The notes under the pieces were generated by a model. That model saw nothing but the letters and a program-made list of their open reading frames with translations, did no database searches and was not told where the DNA came from. From positions 101,909 to 165,908 of the forward strand of contig CAVYWA010000011.1 of the NCBI GenBank assembly GCA_963772165.1: a stretch of 64,000 nucleotides of DNA, given 5' to 3'. How positions within the stretch are numbered: position 1 is the first letter of the stretch; each line of letters opens with the position of its first letter. The position numbers and the translations under genes are program-made. Of the stretch, positions 48,921 to 59,290 are shown in pieces. Origin of the DNA: an uncultured Bacteroidota bacterium. GTDB taxonomy: Bacteria; Bacteroidota; Ignavibacteria; UBA10030; UBA8401.

Positions 48921-50333
48921 TTAAGCAGCCGATTTCTTGATTTGACTGCTCCAGTAAAGATAAAAGGGGATTCCCGCCAGCAGCAGAAATAATCCCACCA
49001 TGGAATCTGCCGTTTGCTGCACGATAGTATTGTAGACGAACCATGTCGCAACGATAATAAATGCTATTGGGATGTACGGGTATCCGGGTACTCTATACGG
49101 GCGGGGAGTATCCGGCATTTTTTTCCTCAACACAAAGACTGCCAAAGCCCCGAGCGCGTAAAAGATCCAGCCCGCAAAAATAACGTACGTGAAAATCTGG
49201 TCGTAGGTCCCCGTAAGGGTGAGAAGAGATGCCCACACGCCTTGAACAAGGAGCGATGTCCCAGGGGTCCGGTACTTTGGGTGAATTTTTCCCAGGCTTC
49301 CGAAGAACAGCCTGTCTTTAGCCATGGCAAAATAGACGCGTGCCGTCGTCATGGAAGTGGCATTGACGGTCCCGAACGTTGAGACCATCACCATAACGGA
49401 AATTATTGCTCCGCCGTATCCGTGGAAAATTCTTTCCATCACATCCGCGGCAACAAGTTTCGACGTTGCGATCTCGCCGATCGGGAGGATAAATAAATAG
49501 GCGAGGTTGGTTGCGACATAGATGGCGATGATAATCAGAGTCCCGATGACGAGTGCAAGAGGGATATTTTTTTTCGGCTCCTTTACTTCGCCCGCCAGGT
49601 ATGTGAGACTGTTCCATCCGTCGTATGACCAGAGCGTTGCAATCATCGCTACGCCGATAGCGCTCAACAATGCGCCGGATGCGGGCACTCCCCACAACGG
49701 GAAGAAATGCGCCGTGCTGCCGTGTCCGACAGTAAACGCAAGCACGACAATTGCGCCGATGGCAAGAACTTTCAGGAACGTGAAAATATCCTGGACAAAA
49801 CCGCCGATGTGGACGCCAAAATAATTCACGCCTGCGAGCAGCAAGATTGAAGAGATCGCGACGAGACTGACGCCGATGTCTTTCAGCGGATAAATATTGC
49901 CAATGAGGGGTAATTTCCAGGCTTCAAGTGCCGGGCTTAAATGCGGCAGGTCGACGAAATATCCGAAGTAGCGCGCAAAGGCAACGGCGATCGCAGCAAT
50001 GGAGCCTGTTTGATAGACGATGAACGTTGTCCATCCGTAGAGAAAGGCAGTCAGGTCGCCGTACGTAACGCGAAAGAAGACATACTGTCCTCCTGCCTCC
50101 GGAATCATTCCGGCAATCTCAGCGTTCGTCAATGCACCTGCAAGCGTCAACAACCCCGTGAGGATCCAGACAAAAATCATGATCCCGGGAATTTGAACTG
50201 TTGCGGCAATGCTCTGCGGAGTAAGAAAAATGCCGGAGCCGACCACGGAACCGATAACTACCATAATCGCGGACGTCAGCCCCAAGCGTCGGGCTAAAGT
50301 CGGTTCGGTATCCTGTGATTCGTGCGTTGTCAT
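48921..50333 (-). CDS. APC-family amino acid permease
   Basis: 470 aa, 12 TM. N-terminal LGLTSAIMVVIGSVVGSGIF consensus of APC transporters. Confidence 0.85.
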   Translation of the reverse strand: MTTHESQDTEPTLARRLGLTSAIMVVIGSVVGSGIFLTPQSIAATVQIPGIMIFVWILTGLLTLAGALTNAEIAGMIPEAGGQYVFFRVTYGDLTAFLYGWTTFIVYQTGSIAAIAVAFARYFGYFVDLPHLSPALEAWKLPLIGNIYPLKDIGVSLVAISSILLLAGVNYFGVHIGGFVQDIFTFLKVLAIGAIVVLAFTVGHGSTAHFFPLWGVPASGALLSAIGVAMIATLWSYDGWNSLTYLAGEVKEPKKNIPLALVIGTLIIIAIYVATNLAYLFILPIGEIATSKLVAADVMERIFHGYGGAIISVMVMVSTFGTVNATSMTTARVYFAMAKDRLFFGSLGKIHPKYRTPGTSLLVQGVWASLLTLTGTYDQIFTYVIFAGWIFYALGALAVFVLRKKMPDTPRPYRVPGYPYIPIAFIIVATWFVYNTIVQQTADSMVGLFLLLAGIPFYLYWSSQIKKSAA

Positions 50334-50582
50334 AGGCTCTCGCAGGTTATTGGAAAAAATTGGTGATGCGATTGATGCCGGGAAGCGGCAATTCTAAGTT
50401 ATTGTGTATCGGCAATAACGGTGGAAGTAATTACTGCGATGGGCTGTGGTCTGAGTACGAAAAATAAGCATTGAACGATGAAGATGCAAATAAAGGGCAG
50501 TGGTTTTTTAAAAAGTGATGCCATGACTTCCTCAATGAGATGAACTAGAATTTCATTTCAAACAACTTCTCGAAGACAGCAG

Positions 50583-51848
50583 TCATGGCAGCACGCGGCC
50601 TGCTTGTGCCCGGAGAAACCGGTTTAAATCGAGTTGGAATTTGAATGAGTTCAGCCGCCGTGCGAGAAGGACAACGGTTCCTGCCGTTACCGTTTCCGCA
50701 GTGCCGAGCATTGCAAGGATCCAGCCGTTGTGCACAGACTTCGGGAACCAGATAAAAACGGTCATTGAAATGATTGGAGACAATATTCCGCCCAGGAACA
50801 ATCCCAGTCGTGCCGGGTTTGTGAAATCTTGTTCCACTGCGACAATCCAATGATGGAACTGGTTTGGGAGTGAAAGTTTTCTTTCTTTCACCAAATCGTT
50901 GACACACCGTTCGTACATCCGAATGCTTTGGACGGCGGTCGTCAGCGAGAGGATAACGGAGGTGACTCCAAAAAGAAATCCCGCCCACGAAAGATCCCCC
51001 TTGTCGATTAAATGGTCGACTTGGAAGGCGCCGTACGTGGCAAGCCCGAACACGGGGATGAGAACACGTGAACGGCGAATGAGCTGTCTCCATGTAAACC
51101 CGGAACCGCGCAGTGCGAACAATTCCGCCGTTTCTGCGAGAACGTCGTCTGTCGATGCCGCGAAAAGTTTTCCAAAACCGCGCGTGTAGAGCTCGAGGAC
51201 ATGCGTAATCGGCCCGATGAACAACAGCGCTTTTATGATCGCTTGCCCCGTCGCCGTCCGTGTATCGGCATTGTCAAAAATCATGCGGCTTGTCACATGG
51301 CGGATAATGATCGGCGAAATGGCTTCATTTAATTCGTCGATGATTTTTTTGTCGGCTTCCGTAGCTCCAAGATTTCCGTCATCGACAAGAATGAACTTTT
51401 TGAAGTCCAGCCGGTGTGCGAGAATGACGGCGACCTCCTCGTCAAGGTCAATGCCGCTTTTTGCCGCAAGCTCATGGTCGGACGGAATAAACACCGGCCG
51501 CGTCAATGTCAGGAGCAATCGCGGAAGCCACGTGATGATGGTCTGGTGCTGGCTGAGAACTGCAATATTGTTGATAGCACTCAAAACACGCTCGGGGGTT
51601 TTTTCCACAGTCCGGATGCCGATCGCTTTGCCGCTTGTGAAAATTTTCGTAATCCGATTTTTCAGCGATGGGTCTTTTTGCAGTGCGTAGCGGAGTTCTT
51701 TCGGGAGAAGACGCGGAAATTCAAGTTCTTCTTCTAATGATACGACGTAAAGATTATATAATCCGACAGGCGGTTTTTTTTGAAAGCGAAGAAGCTGTGC
51801 GAAAAAAGAAGGGACCTTGAGGGATTGAAGATGCCGGATAAATGCCAT
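50583..51848 (-). CDS. hypothetical protein: soluble N-terminal domain followed by C-terminal multi-TM region
   Basis: 421-aa ORF with coding-like composition. No motif I can assign. Confidence 0.5.
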   Translation of the reverse strand: MAFIRHLQSLKVPSFFAQLLRFQKKPPVGLYNLYVVSLEEELEFPRLLPKELRYALQKDPSLKNRITKIFTSGKAIGIRTVEKTPERVLSAINNIAVLSQHQTIITWLPRLLLTLTRPVFIPSDHELAAKSGIDLDEEVAVILAHRLDFKKFILVDDGNLGATEADKKIIDELNEAISPIIIRHVTSRMIFDNADTRTATGQAIIKALLFIGPITHVLELYTRGFGKLFAASTDDVLAETAELFALRGSGFTWRQLIRRSRVLIPVFGLATYGAFQVDHLIDKGDLSWAGFLFGVTSVILSLTTAVQSIRMYERCVNDLVKERKLSLPNQFHHWIVAVEQDFTNPARLGLFLGGILSPIISMTVFIWFPKSVHNGWILAMLGTAETVTAGTVVLLARRLNSFKFQLDLNRFLRAQAGRVLP

Positions 51849-51977
51849 GTCTCGAAATTTTGTTTTGAAAATATAAAAAGAACTTGAGCGACAAGCAATG
51901 AAAAGTCATTACGAACAAGAAACCCCGTTTCGTATCGGAACGGGGTTTCTTGGTAACGAGTGTAAAGCACTGACGGT

Positions 51978-52259
51978 TTACTTCGTGGAGTCGGCTTTCA
52001 TCATGCTGCTTTTTTTCATTGCCGGTTTCTTCTTCATCTTTGCAGATGTTTTCTTCGTTTTAGCCGTCTTCTTCGCCTTTGTCGTTTTCTTCGTTTTAGT
52101 GGTCTTCTTTGTCTTCGTCATCTTCATTTCTTTCTTTGCAGGCGGGGTTTGCGTGTCCTGCGGCTTCATTGCATCCTGCGCTAAAGACAGCGAGAAGGCG
52201 AAGGCAACAGCCAACAATATGCTACACAGGCGTTTCATCAAAACAATCGCTCCTTTCAA
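51978..52259 (-). CDS. small secreted lysine-rich protein (KKTT repeats)
   Basis: Signal peptide MKGAIVLMKRLCSILLAVAFAFSLSLAQ, then KTKKTTKTKKTTKAKKTAKTKKTSAKMKKKPAMKK. Encoded partly by a 36-bp tandem duplication. Confidence 0.5.
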   Translation of the reverse strand: MKGAIVLMKRLCSILLAVAFAFSLSLAQDAMKPQDTQTPPAKKEMKMTKTKKTTKTKKTTKAKKTAKTKKTSAKMKKKPAMKKSSMMKADSTK

Positions 52260-52361
52260 AAAATGTTATATGGGTTGATACAGTGGATTGAATTTGGCCA
52301 GGCTAGATTTCTCTGAGCCGTAACTTAGGGTATTGCAATTTCATTGTCAAGTAAAAAGCAA

Positions 52362-53846
52362 TCAACTATGCAAAAGAGGGAGCAGCACGGTGAACTCGCT
52401 CCCTTTATTGACTTCACTGTGGACGAATATTTTTCCCCCATGAATCTCCGTAATCCAGCGCGCGATAGAAAGACCGAGGCCGGTGCCTCCCATTTCACGC
52501 GAACGCCCTTTATCGACCCGATAAAAGCGGTCAAAAATCTTAGCTTGTTCTTCGGCGGGAATGCCGATACCGTTATCTCTAACAATAATTTTGGCTGAAC
52601 CGTTCTCTCGAACGAGCGAGAGCGCGATTGTTCCATTCTTCGGGGTGTATTTGATCGCATTATCGATGAGGTTCAGTAAAAGCTGGCGAAGGCGCACCGT
52701 GTCCCCCGAGACTGTGAGGTTCTCAACTGTTTCGAGGTTCACGCGGATATGCTTTTTCTCGGCGAGCATTTCGCTGTCTTCATGCAATTCCCGTATGATC
52801 GGGGCCAGCGCCACCCCATCGAACGTAAAAGTCGATTTCCCAATATCGCCCTTCGCCAACATCAAGAGGCTTTCAATAATCGTGGACATGCGAAGGATCT
52901 CATCGAGCGTGCTGGAAAGAATGCGGCGGTATCCTTCGTTCGTTTGTTTCGAGCGAAGGGCGAGTTCAAGCTCTCCCCGCATGATCGTGAGCGGAGTACG
53001 AAGTTCGTGGGAAGCGTCGACAGAGAATTGTTTTGTCTGGTCGAACGAGCTCTGAAGACGGCCGATCATATCGTTGAACGTTGAGATTAGCCGCCCGATC
53101 TCGTCATCCACGTCCACCGAGAGGATGCGTTGGTCAAGGTTCTGGGCAGTGATATCGCGCGCTGTTTTCGTGATCTTATCGACGGGTTTGAGTGATTTGT
53201 TTGCAAGAAACCATCCTCCAAGAATGGAAAGGATGATCGCTGCCGGAACGAGGATGATGAATATAGAAAAGAGGTTGCCCAGCACTTCGCTGATTTCAGC
53301 TTCGGGATACGCGACGTAAATCTTTGCAAACGCGTTCTGCGTTACTGCAAGTCGAAGAGGCTGTCCCTGTGTGTCATAAATTGTCACAAGCTTCGTTGTG
53401 TTGAAGGGGATGTCTTCAAAAATAATATCTTCCTTGCCGAGGCTGTACAACTTATAGAGGATATCTCCGTTCCGGTCGCGGATTTGAATGATTTGTTTCT
53501 TCGGGCTCAGCAGTGTGTGTTCGTAAATCTGATTCCAAATTTGGTCGAACGAGGTGGAATCGTCTTCCGTGACTTCCACTTCATGGGAACGCTTGACTTT
53601 CTTCTCCTGCTTTTTTGACTGTGACAACGGCTTCACCCGCTGTTGTTTCAGCTTCACTTTCCGCGCTTGCGGTTCGATGAAGTTCTTCAGCCAGACGACT
53701 TCGTTGCGGAGTGAGTAGTCAAGGCTGGCCAGAAGGTTTTCCTGCGTAAAGAAGTATGCTGTTGTACCGAAACCGAACAAGGTAACACCGAGAATGAGCG
53801 TGTACCATGCCGTGAGCTTCAAGCGAATGGAATGGAGGAATTTCAT
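52362..53846 (-). CDS. sensor histidine kinase (two TM, HAMP, HisKA, HATPase_c)
   Basis: H-box SHELRTPLT, N-box LIDNAIKYTP, G1 DNGIGIP, G2 GGTGLGLSIA. Confidence 0.9.
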   Translation of the reverse strand: MKFLHSIRLKLTAWYTLILGVTLFGFGTTAYFFTQENLLASLDYSLRNEVVWLKNFIEPQARKVKLKQQRVKPLSQSKKQEKKVKRSHEVEVTEDDSTSFDQIWNQIYEHTLLSPKKQIIQIRDRNGDILYKLYSLGKEDIIFEDIPFNTTKLVTIYDTQGQPLRLAVTQNAFAKIYVAYPEAEISEVLGNLFSIFIILVPAAIILSILGGWFLANKSLKPVDKITKTARDITAQNLDQRILSVDVDDEIGRLISTFNDMIGRLQSSFDQTKQFSVDASHELRTPLTIMRGELELALRSKQTNEGYRRILSSTLDEILRMSTIIESLLMLAKGDIGKSTFTFDGVALAPIIRELHEDSEMLAEKKHIRVNLETVENLTVSGDTVRLRQLLLNLIDNAIKYTPKNGTIALSLVRENGSAKIIVRDNGIGIPAEEQAKIFDRFYRVDKGRSREMGGTGLGLSIARWITEIHGGKIFVHSEVNKGSEFTVLLPLLHS

Positions 53847-53847
53847 C

Positions 53848-54522
53848 TCAGGATGCTTTCATCATGTACCCGACGCCGCGGACAGTATGGATAAGCTTTT
53901 TTTCGAATTCACCGTCTATTTTATTGCGCAAATGATTGATGTAGACGTCGATGATATTCGTGCCGGTATCGAAGTTGTAATGCCAGATATGCTCGGAGAT
54001 GATCGTGCGGCTCAGAACTTTATTCGTGTTCCGCATAAAATATTCAAGGAGCGTATATTCCTTCCCGGTCAGCTCGATGAGGTTCTCTCCCCGTGTTGCT
54101 TTGTGTGAAACCAGGTCGAGTGTCAGGTCGGCAACGGTGAGCGCGGTCGATTTTTCCGGCCCTCCCCGCCGCAACAGCGAGCGGACGCGGGCGAGCAATT
54201 CGGCGATAGCAAACGGCTTTACCAGATAGTCGTCCGCTCCCGTATCAAGCCCCTTCACTTTGTCCTCGACCGAACCCTTTGCCGTAATCATCAGCACCGG
54301 TGTGGTAATGTGTTTCGCGCGCAATTCTTTCAACATTGTCAGCCCGTCTTTTTTGGGCATCAGGATATCGAGAATGATGAGGTCAAAGGACCCCTGAGAA
54401 GCAAGCTCTTCTCCTTTGTCGCCGTCGGATGCTACCTCCACAGTGTAACGGTCTTCTTCCAATCCCTTTTTTATGAAGGCGGCGACTTTTTTTTCGTCCT
54501 CAACAACCAATAGCTTCATCAA
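53848..54522 (-). CDS. OmpR-family response regulator
   Basis: Receiver (LLVVEDE...DLIILDILMP...MITAK) plus a winged-helix output domain. Sits 1 nt upstream of the kinase gene. Confidence 0.9.
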   Translation of the reverse strand: MMKLLVVEDEKKVAAFIKKGLEEDRYTVEVASDGDKGEELASQGSFDLIILDILMPKKDGLTMLKELRAKHITTPVLMITAKGSVEDKVKGLDTGADDYLVKPFAIAELLARVRSLLRRGGPEKSTALTVADLTLDLVSHKATRGENLIELTGKEYTLLEYFMRNTNKVLSRTIISEHIWHYNFDTGTNIIDVYINHLRNKIDGEFEKKLIHTVRGVGYMMKAS

Positions 54523-54632
54523 AACTTCCTCGTTTGCGGATGGTCCGGTACTATATTAAAACACTTTGGGTCGATTTGCAAATATTGTTTTTGGAAAAGT
54601 GAACGGTTTTCTCTATATTCAACAACGAAATT

Positions 54633-55508
54633 ATGAAAAAATTTGCCCCCGCAATTTTTATCCTCCTCGGTTTTTACAGCTGGTCGTGCGGTCTTCTGCA
54701 AACGGTCGCTGTGAATTCAACGACGGGTATCGTCGACAACGGCCTCAGCGCCATCTTTGAAGAATCCGACCTTACGCTTGCGGAACAGTCCATCCCTGCC
54801 AACCTGACGCTTCTCGAAGCGCTGTACCGCTCAAAGGGCAAGGATGATGACCACCTCGCGTTGTTGTTGACACAGGCGTATAGCGGATACGCGCTAGGAT
54901 TCGTTGAAGACAAAGACCCTGAACGTGCGAAAGCTCTTTACATCCGGGCTCGCGATTACGGATTGTCGGTGTTGAGAAAGAATAAACAATTCAACGCGGC
55001 GTTTGACGGCAGCCCGAATGAATTTAGAGCTGGTGTGTCGGCATTCGACAAGGATGACGTGCCCATGATTTTTTGGACGGCGAACGCGTGGGGCAATCTC
55101 ATCAAGTTGAGCCTCGCCGACCCGGAGGTCATTTCCGAACTCTACAAGGTTAACTCACTGATGGAGTTTGTACTTCTGAACGACGAGAACTTCTATTACG
55201 GCAGCGCTCATTTGTATTTCGGAACAATGCTCGCAACGGTGCCCAAAAACCTCGGCGGAAAGCCCGACAGCGCGAAAACTCATTTCGACAAATGCCTCAG
55301 CATCGGAGGGGGGAAATTCCTCCTCCCGTATGTTTTCTTGGCGCAGAGTTATGCCGTGCAGGTTCAGGATAAGTCGCTCTTCGAATCCTCGCTCAAGACA
55401 GTCGAAGACGCCTCCATCGACATTTTGCCGGAACAACGGTTGGTCAACGCGATTGCCAAACAAAAAGCAAAAACTCTGCTGGCTAAAGAAAGCGACTTGT
55501 TTTTTTAG
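54633..55508 (+). CDS. tatT: TatT-family TPR lipoprotein (TRAP-transporter-associated)
   Basis: Lipobox SWSCG. Helical TPR-like protein directly upstream of dctP/Q/M (TPAT arrangement). Confidence 0.6.
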   Translation: MKKFAPAIFILLGFYSWSCGLLQTVAVNSTTGIVDNGLSAIFEESDLTLAEQSIPANLTLLEALYRSKGKDDDHLALLLTQAYSGYALGFVEDKDPERAKALYIRARDYGLSVLRKNKQFNAAFDGSPNEFRAGVSAFDKDDVPMIFWTANAWGNLIKLSLADPEVISELYKVNSLMEFVLLNDENFYYGSAHLYFGTMLATVPKNLGGKPDSAKTHFDKCLSIGGGKFLLPYVFLAQSYAVQVQDKSLFESSLKTVEDASIDILPEQRLVNAIAKQKAKTLLAKESDLFF

Positions 55509-55556
55509 ACTAACGCCATTACGGTTAGAACACGGAACTGCTAAAGGAATTCCTTC

Positions 55557-56549
55557 ATGAAACATTTCGTCATCACACTTCTCATTCTCGCTACCCAAGC
55601 GTCCGCACAAGAGTTCACGATCAAATTTGCTACCCTCGCACCCGAAGGAAGCACGTGGATTACGGTCATGAAGGAATACGACCAGGCGATTCGGAAAGAG
55701 AGCGGAGGGCGGCTTGGGTTCAAAATTTACGCCGGCGGAGTCGTCGGTGATGAAAAGGACGTTCTCCGGAAGATCCGTCTTGGACAATTTCAAAGTGCCG
55801 GGATCACCGGCGTCGGCATAGGTGAGATCGCAAAGTCGGCGCGAATTCTGGATTCCCCGTTTCTTTTTAAAAATCATGACGAGGTAGATTACATCGTCAA
55901 CCAATACGACGGCGAGCTTCGCAAGGAATTTGAAAACGGCGGATATGTCCTTCTTGGATGGGCCGAGGTCGGTTTCGTGTATGTTTTTACCAACACTCCG
56001 GTCACCAAGGTCGAGGATATGCGCAATGTGAAAATGTGGCAATGGGAAGGCGACCCCGTCGCCGAGGCTACGTTCAAAGCGTTCGGCATCAACCCGATCC
56101 CGCTCTCGATCACCGACGTCTTGACGTCGCTCCAGACCGGCCTCATCAACGGTATGTACACGTCGCCCCTTGCCGGTGTCTCTCTTCAATGGTACACCGC
56201 GACAAAATATATGCTCGACTATCCCCTCACGAACGCCTCCGGGGCCGTCGTCATCGCGAAGAGAGATTTTGACAAAATGCCGCCGGATCTCCAGGAGATC
56301 CTTCTTCGCAACGGAAAACAGTTGATGCGAAAACTCACCGAGCTCAGCCGCAAAGACAATACAAAATCGCTCGACGTGCTGAAGAAAAACAAGATTATTT
56401 TTACGAAGCTTGATGCCGGCGAAGTGGGCCGGTACGAAGAGATCGGAAAAAATGCGCGCCGGTTGATGGTCGGGAAACTCTATTCCGAAGACCTTCTGAA
56501 TCGCGTGGAAAAGTCGGTCGCAGACTTCCGTGCCAAGGAGAAAAAATGA
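55557..56549 (+). CDS. dctP: TRAP transporter substrate-binding protein (DctP/TatP family)
   Basis: Signal peptide. DctP-family SBP fold. 330 aa. Confidence 0.85.
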   Translation: MKHFVITLLILATQASAQEFTIKFATLAPEGSTWITVMKEYDQAIRKESGGRLGFKIYAGGVVGDEKDVLRKIRLGQFQSAGITGVGIGEIAKSARILDSPFLFKNHDEVDYIVNQYDGELRKEFENGGYVLLGWAEVGFVYVFTNTPVTKVEDMRNVKMWQWEGDPVAEATFKAFGINPIPLSITDVLTSLQTGLINGMYTSPLAGVSLQWYTATKYMLDYPLTNASGAVVIAKRDFDKMPPDLQEILLRNGKQLMRKLTELSRKDNTKSLDVLKKNKIIFTKLDAGEVGRYEEIGKNARRLMVGKLYSEDLLNRVEKSVADFRAKEKK

Positions 56550-57055
56550 AGCTGCTGTTGTTCGTCGACCGGTGGCTCACGCGCATTACCGGGTGGTTGA
56601 TTATTTTTTTCCTCAGCGTCATGATCGCCATGGCGTTCGGCCAGGTTGTCTTGAGAAACTTCTTTCATACAAGCATCGAATGGGGGGATGTTTTTCTCCG
56701 TCATCTGGTGCTCTGGATCGGATTCCTCGGAGCGATCATCGCCACGGGGGAAGGCCGTCATTTGAAAATTGAATTCATCAACAGGCTGGTCCCGGAACGG
56801 TACAGAAAAGTCATCTATATCGCCACGAATCTCTTTGCCGCGGTCGTCTGTTTTTTTTTGATGAAAGCGGCGATAGCATTTGTGCAGATGGAAGGGGAAT
56901 CGTCGGATACGCTCATTCTCAATCTTTCCACGACGTACTTCATTATTATCATCCCGGTCGGGTACGCCATCATTGCGTTCCGATTTCTCGTGCGTTCCGT
57001 TGCGTGGGCCTCGGAGATCGTCAAGGGTGATTGGCATATTGAGGAGCAGCACTAA
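56546..57055 (+). CDS. dctQ: TRAP transporter small permease
   Basis: 169 aa, 4 TM. Overlaps the dctP stop. Confidence 0.85.
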   Translation: MKLLLFVDRWLTRITGWLIIFFLSVMIAMAFGQVVLRNFFHTSIEWGDVFLRHLVLWIGFLGAIIATGEGRHLKIEFINRLVPERYRKVIYIATNLFAAVVCFFLMKAAIAFVQMEGESSDTLILNLSTTYFIIIIPVGYAIIAFRFLVRSVAWASEIVKGDWHIEEQH

Positions 57056-58317
57056 TGCCCGTCATCTATTTCGTCCTTGTCCTGGCAGTTTTTGTTCTTT
57101 TCGGTGCGCCGCTTTTCTCGATCATCGGCACGATATCGCTGCTGGGATTTTCTTCCCAGGGTATCGATACCGCAGCGATCATTGTCGAGTTGTACCGCCT
57201 TGCAAGCCAGCCCGTCCTTCTTGCTATTCCGCTGTTCACCGTCTCCGGATATTTTCTCGCCGAAAGCAAAGCGCCGCAGCGCATCGTTGCTCTTGCGCAG
57301 GCGCTCATCGGATGGATGCCGGGGGGGTTGGCGATTGTCGTTCTTGCAAGCTGCGCAGTGTTCACGGCTTTCACCGGGGGATCGGGGATCACCATTGTTG
57401 CGCTCGGCGGCCTCGTCTTTCCGATATTGATTGCCGAAAAATACAGCGAGAAGTTCGTGCTCGGCCTTGTGACGACCTCCGGGAGCCTTGGGCTGCTTTT
57501 TCCGCCAAGCCTGCCGATTATTTTGTACGGCACGGTCGCCGAGGTCTCCATCGACCAATTATTTCGGGCCGGGATTGTTCCCGGTATTTTGCTTGTGACG
57601 GTGTTGGCCATCTACAGCGTGCGCCAGGGGATCGCGTCGAAGATCGAGCGGCACCCGTTTGATGCGAAGAAATTGTGGACGGCCTTGAAGAACGTTATCT
57701 GGGAAATCCCGCTCCCGTTTTTCATTATCGGCGGAATCTACGGAGGATATTTTACAGCGACGGAAGCCGCTGCGGTCACCGCATTTTATGTTTTTATTGT
57801 CGAAGTGTTTGTCTACAGGGACTTAAAACTTACGACCGATGTCCCAAGAGTCATGAAAGAGAGCATGGTCCTTGTCGGCGCAATTCTCATGATCCTCGCT
57901 ATGGCGATGGGGCTGACGAGCTTCCTGATCGATCAACAAATACCGCAAAGGCTATTTGAGTTGATCCGGCAAGTGGTCGAGAGCAAAATCGTTTTTCTGA
58001 TGATCTTGAACGTTTTTCTGCTCGTCATTGGAATGATGATGGAGATTTTTTCTGCGATCGTCGTGGTGCCGCTCATCGTCCCCATCGCGAAACAATACGG
58101 CGTAGACCCGATCCATCTCGGTATTATTTTTCTTGCTAACCTTGAGATCGCATACCTCATGCCGCCGGTCGGGATGAACCTCTTCATGTCGAGCTTTCGA
58201 TTCAAGAAGACGATCGGAAAAGTAACGGCCGCAACGCTGCCGTTCATTCTCGTCCTTATTATCGGGCTTCTGATCATCACGTACGTTCCGGCGCTGAGTT
58301 TGTGGCTGGTGAAGTAG
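57055..58317 (+). CDS. dctM: TRAP transporter large permease
   Basis: 420 aa, about 12 TM, DctM family. Confidence 0.9.
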   Translation: MPVIYFVLVLAVFVLFGAPLFSIIGTISLLGFSSQGIDTAAIIVELYRLASQPVLLAIPLFTVSGYFLAESKAPQRIVALAQALIGWMPGGLAIVVLASCAVFTAFTGGSGITIVALGGLVFPILIAEKYSEKFVLGLVTTSGSLGLLFPPSLPIILYGTVAEVSIDQLFRAGIVPGILLVTVLAIYSVRQGIASKIERHPFDAKKLWTALKNVIWEIPLPFFIIGGIYGGYFTATEAAAVTAFYVFIVEVFVYRDLKLTTDVPRVMKESMVLVGAILMILAMAMGLTSFLIDQQIPQRLFELIRQVVESKIVFLMILNVFLLVIGMMMEIFSAIVVVPLIVPIAKQYGVDPIHLGIIFLANLEIAYLMPPVGMNLFMSSFRFKKTIGKVTAATLPFILVLIIGLLIITYVPALSLWLVK

Positions 58318-58652
58318 CGGCACTGGCCAGCATTGAGTTTCGCACTTCGGTCCTTTCAAAATCTTCCTGCTTTGCAGAGTGAGGCAGTGTCAACTTTGCC
58401 TTTTAGAATCCCTGGGTCTTTTCGTTGCAATTGGTAAGTGATTTTTCTACATTTTTCAAGAACAGAAAGAAGACACGAGGGATTTAAAAATTGACGAAAT
58501 GGTGTAAGAGATACATTCTGCTCCCAACCTCCGATTGGAAACGTATGCCAATCTAAACTCTCCGTTCTAATTAGGCACTTCGCAGAAGATATTGAGACAA
58601 AGAGGATCTCAAAAGCAATCCATTCGAACATCATCATTCACAAGGGGGATCC

Positions 58653-59165
58653 ATGAAACATTTTCAATTGGTGCCGTTTAATCTTATTGAGCAACGAATC
58701 TTTTTGCTAAGAGGGCAAAGAGTGATGTTCGATAGAGACCTTGCGGAACTGTATGGCGTAGAAACAAAGCATCTCAACCGTCAGGTGAGGAGAAACCGAG
58801 AACGATTTCCGCGGGAGTTTATGTTTAAAGTGACAAAGAAGGAAAGAAATGAACTGGTGACAAATTGGCACCGGTTCGCATCGTTGAAGTATTCAAACGT
58901 GCTGCCGTACGCATTCACCGAGCATGGAGTTGCGATGCTCTCGTCAGTGCTTCGTGGCGAGCGGGCAATCCACATCAACATCCTCATTATCAAAGTATTC
59001 GTTAAGCTGCGAGAGATTCTCACCAATCACAAAGAACTTGCACTGAGACTTAAAGAACTGGAAATGAGGATAGACAAGCACGATGACGCAATCAGCGCCA
59101 TCTTCGAAGCGATACGTCAGTTAATGGCTCCACCGGAAAAGCCGAAACGGCCGATTGGATTTTGA
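58653..59165 (+). CDS. ORF6N-domain (KilA-N-like) protein
   Basis: 170 aa. LRGQRVMFDRDLAELYGVETKHLNRQVRRNRERFP... matches the ORF6N domain common in Bacteroidetes mobile elements. Confidence 0.75.
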   Translation: MKHFQLVPFNLIEQRIFLLRGQRVMFDRDLAELYGVETKHLNRQVRRNRERFPREFMFKVTKKERNELVTNWHRFASLKYSNVLPYAFTEHGVAMLSSVLRGERAIHINILIIKVFVKLREILTNHKELALRLKELEMRIDKHDDAISAIFEAIRQLMAPPEKPKRPIGF

Positions 59166-59290
59166 AACCGAGTTGAATCTGGAGCGAGTCCTTCTTTGAC
59201 AGGCGCAAAACCTGAATTTTGATTTCTTTCTGTTTGATTTTTTCCCGATCTTCCATTGAATCTCCCCCTCTAAACTTCTATATTTGATCT

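Noticed and set aside
50334-50582. Possible amino-acid riboswitch upstream of the APC permease
   Set aside because: No recognisable lysine or glycine riboswitch conserved cores on the minus strand. Left unannotated.
51898-52278. Phe-rich 126-aa ORF on the plus strand
   Set aside because: Reverse-complement artefact of the AAG-rich lysine-repeat gene on the minus strand.
55155-56189. 344-aa minus-strand ORF
   Set aside because: Antisense to tatT/dctP.
56880-57662. 260-aa alternative-frame ORF
   Set aside because: Overlaps dctQ/dctM in another frame. R/S/C-rich nonsense.
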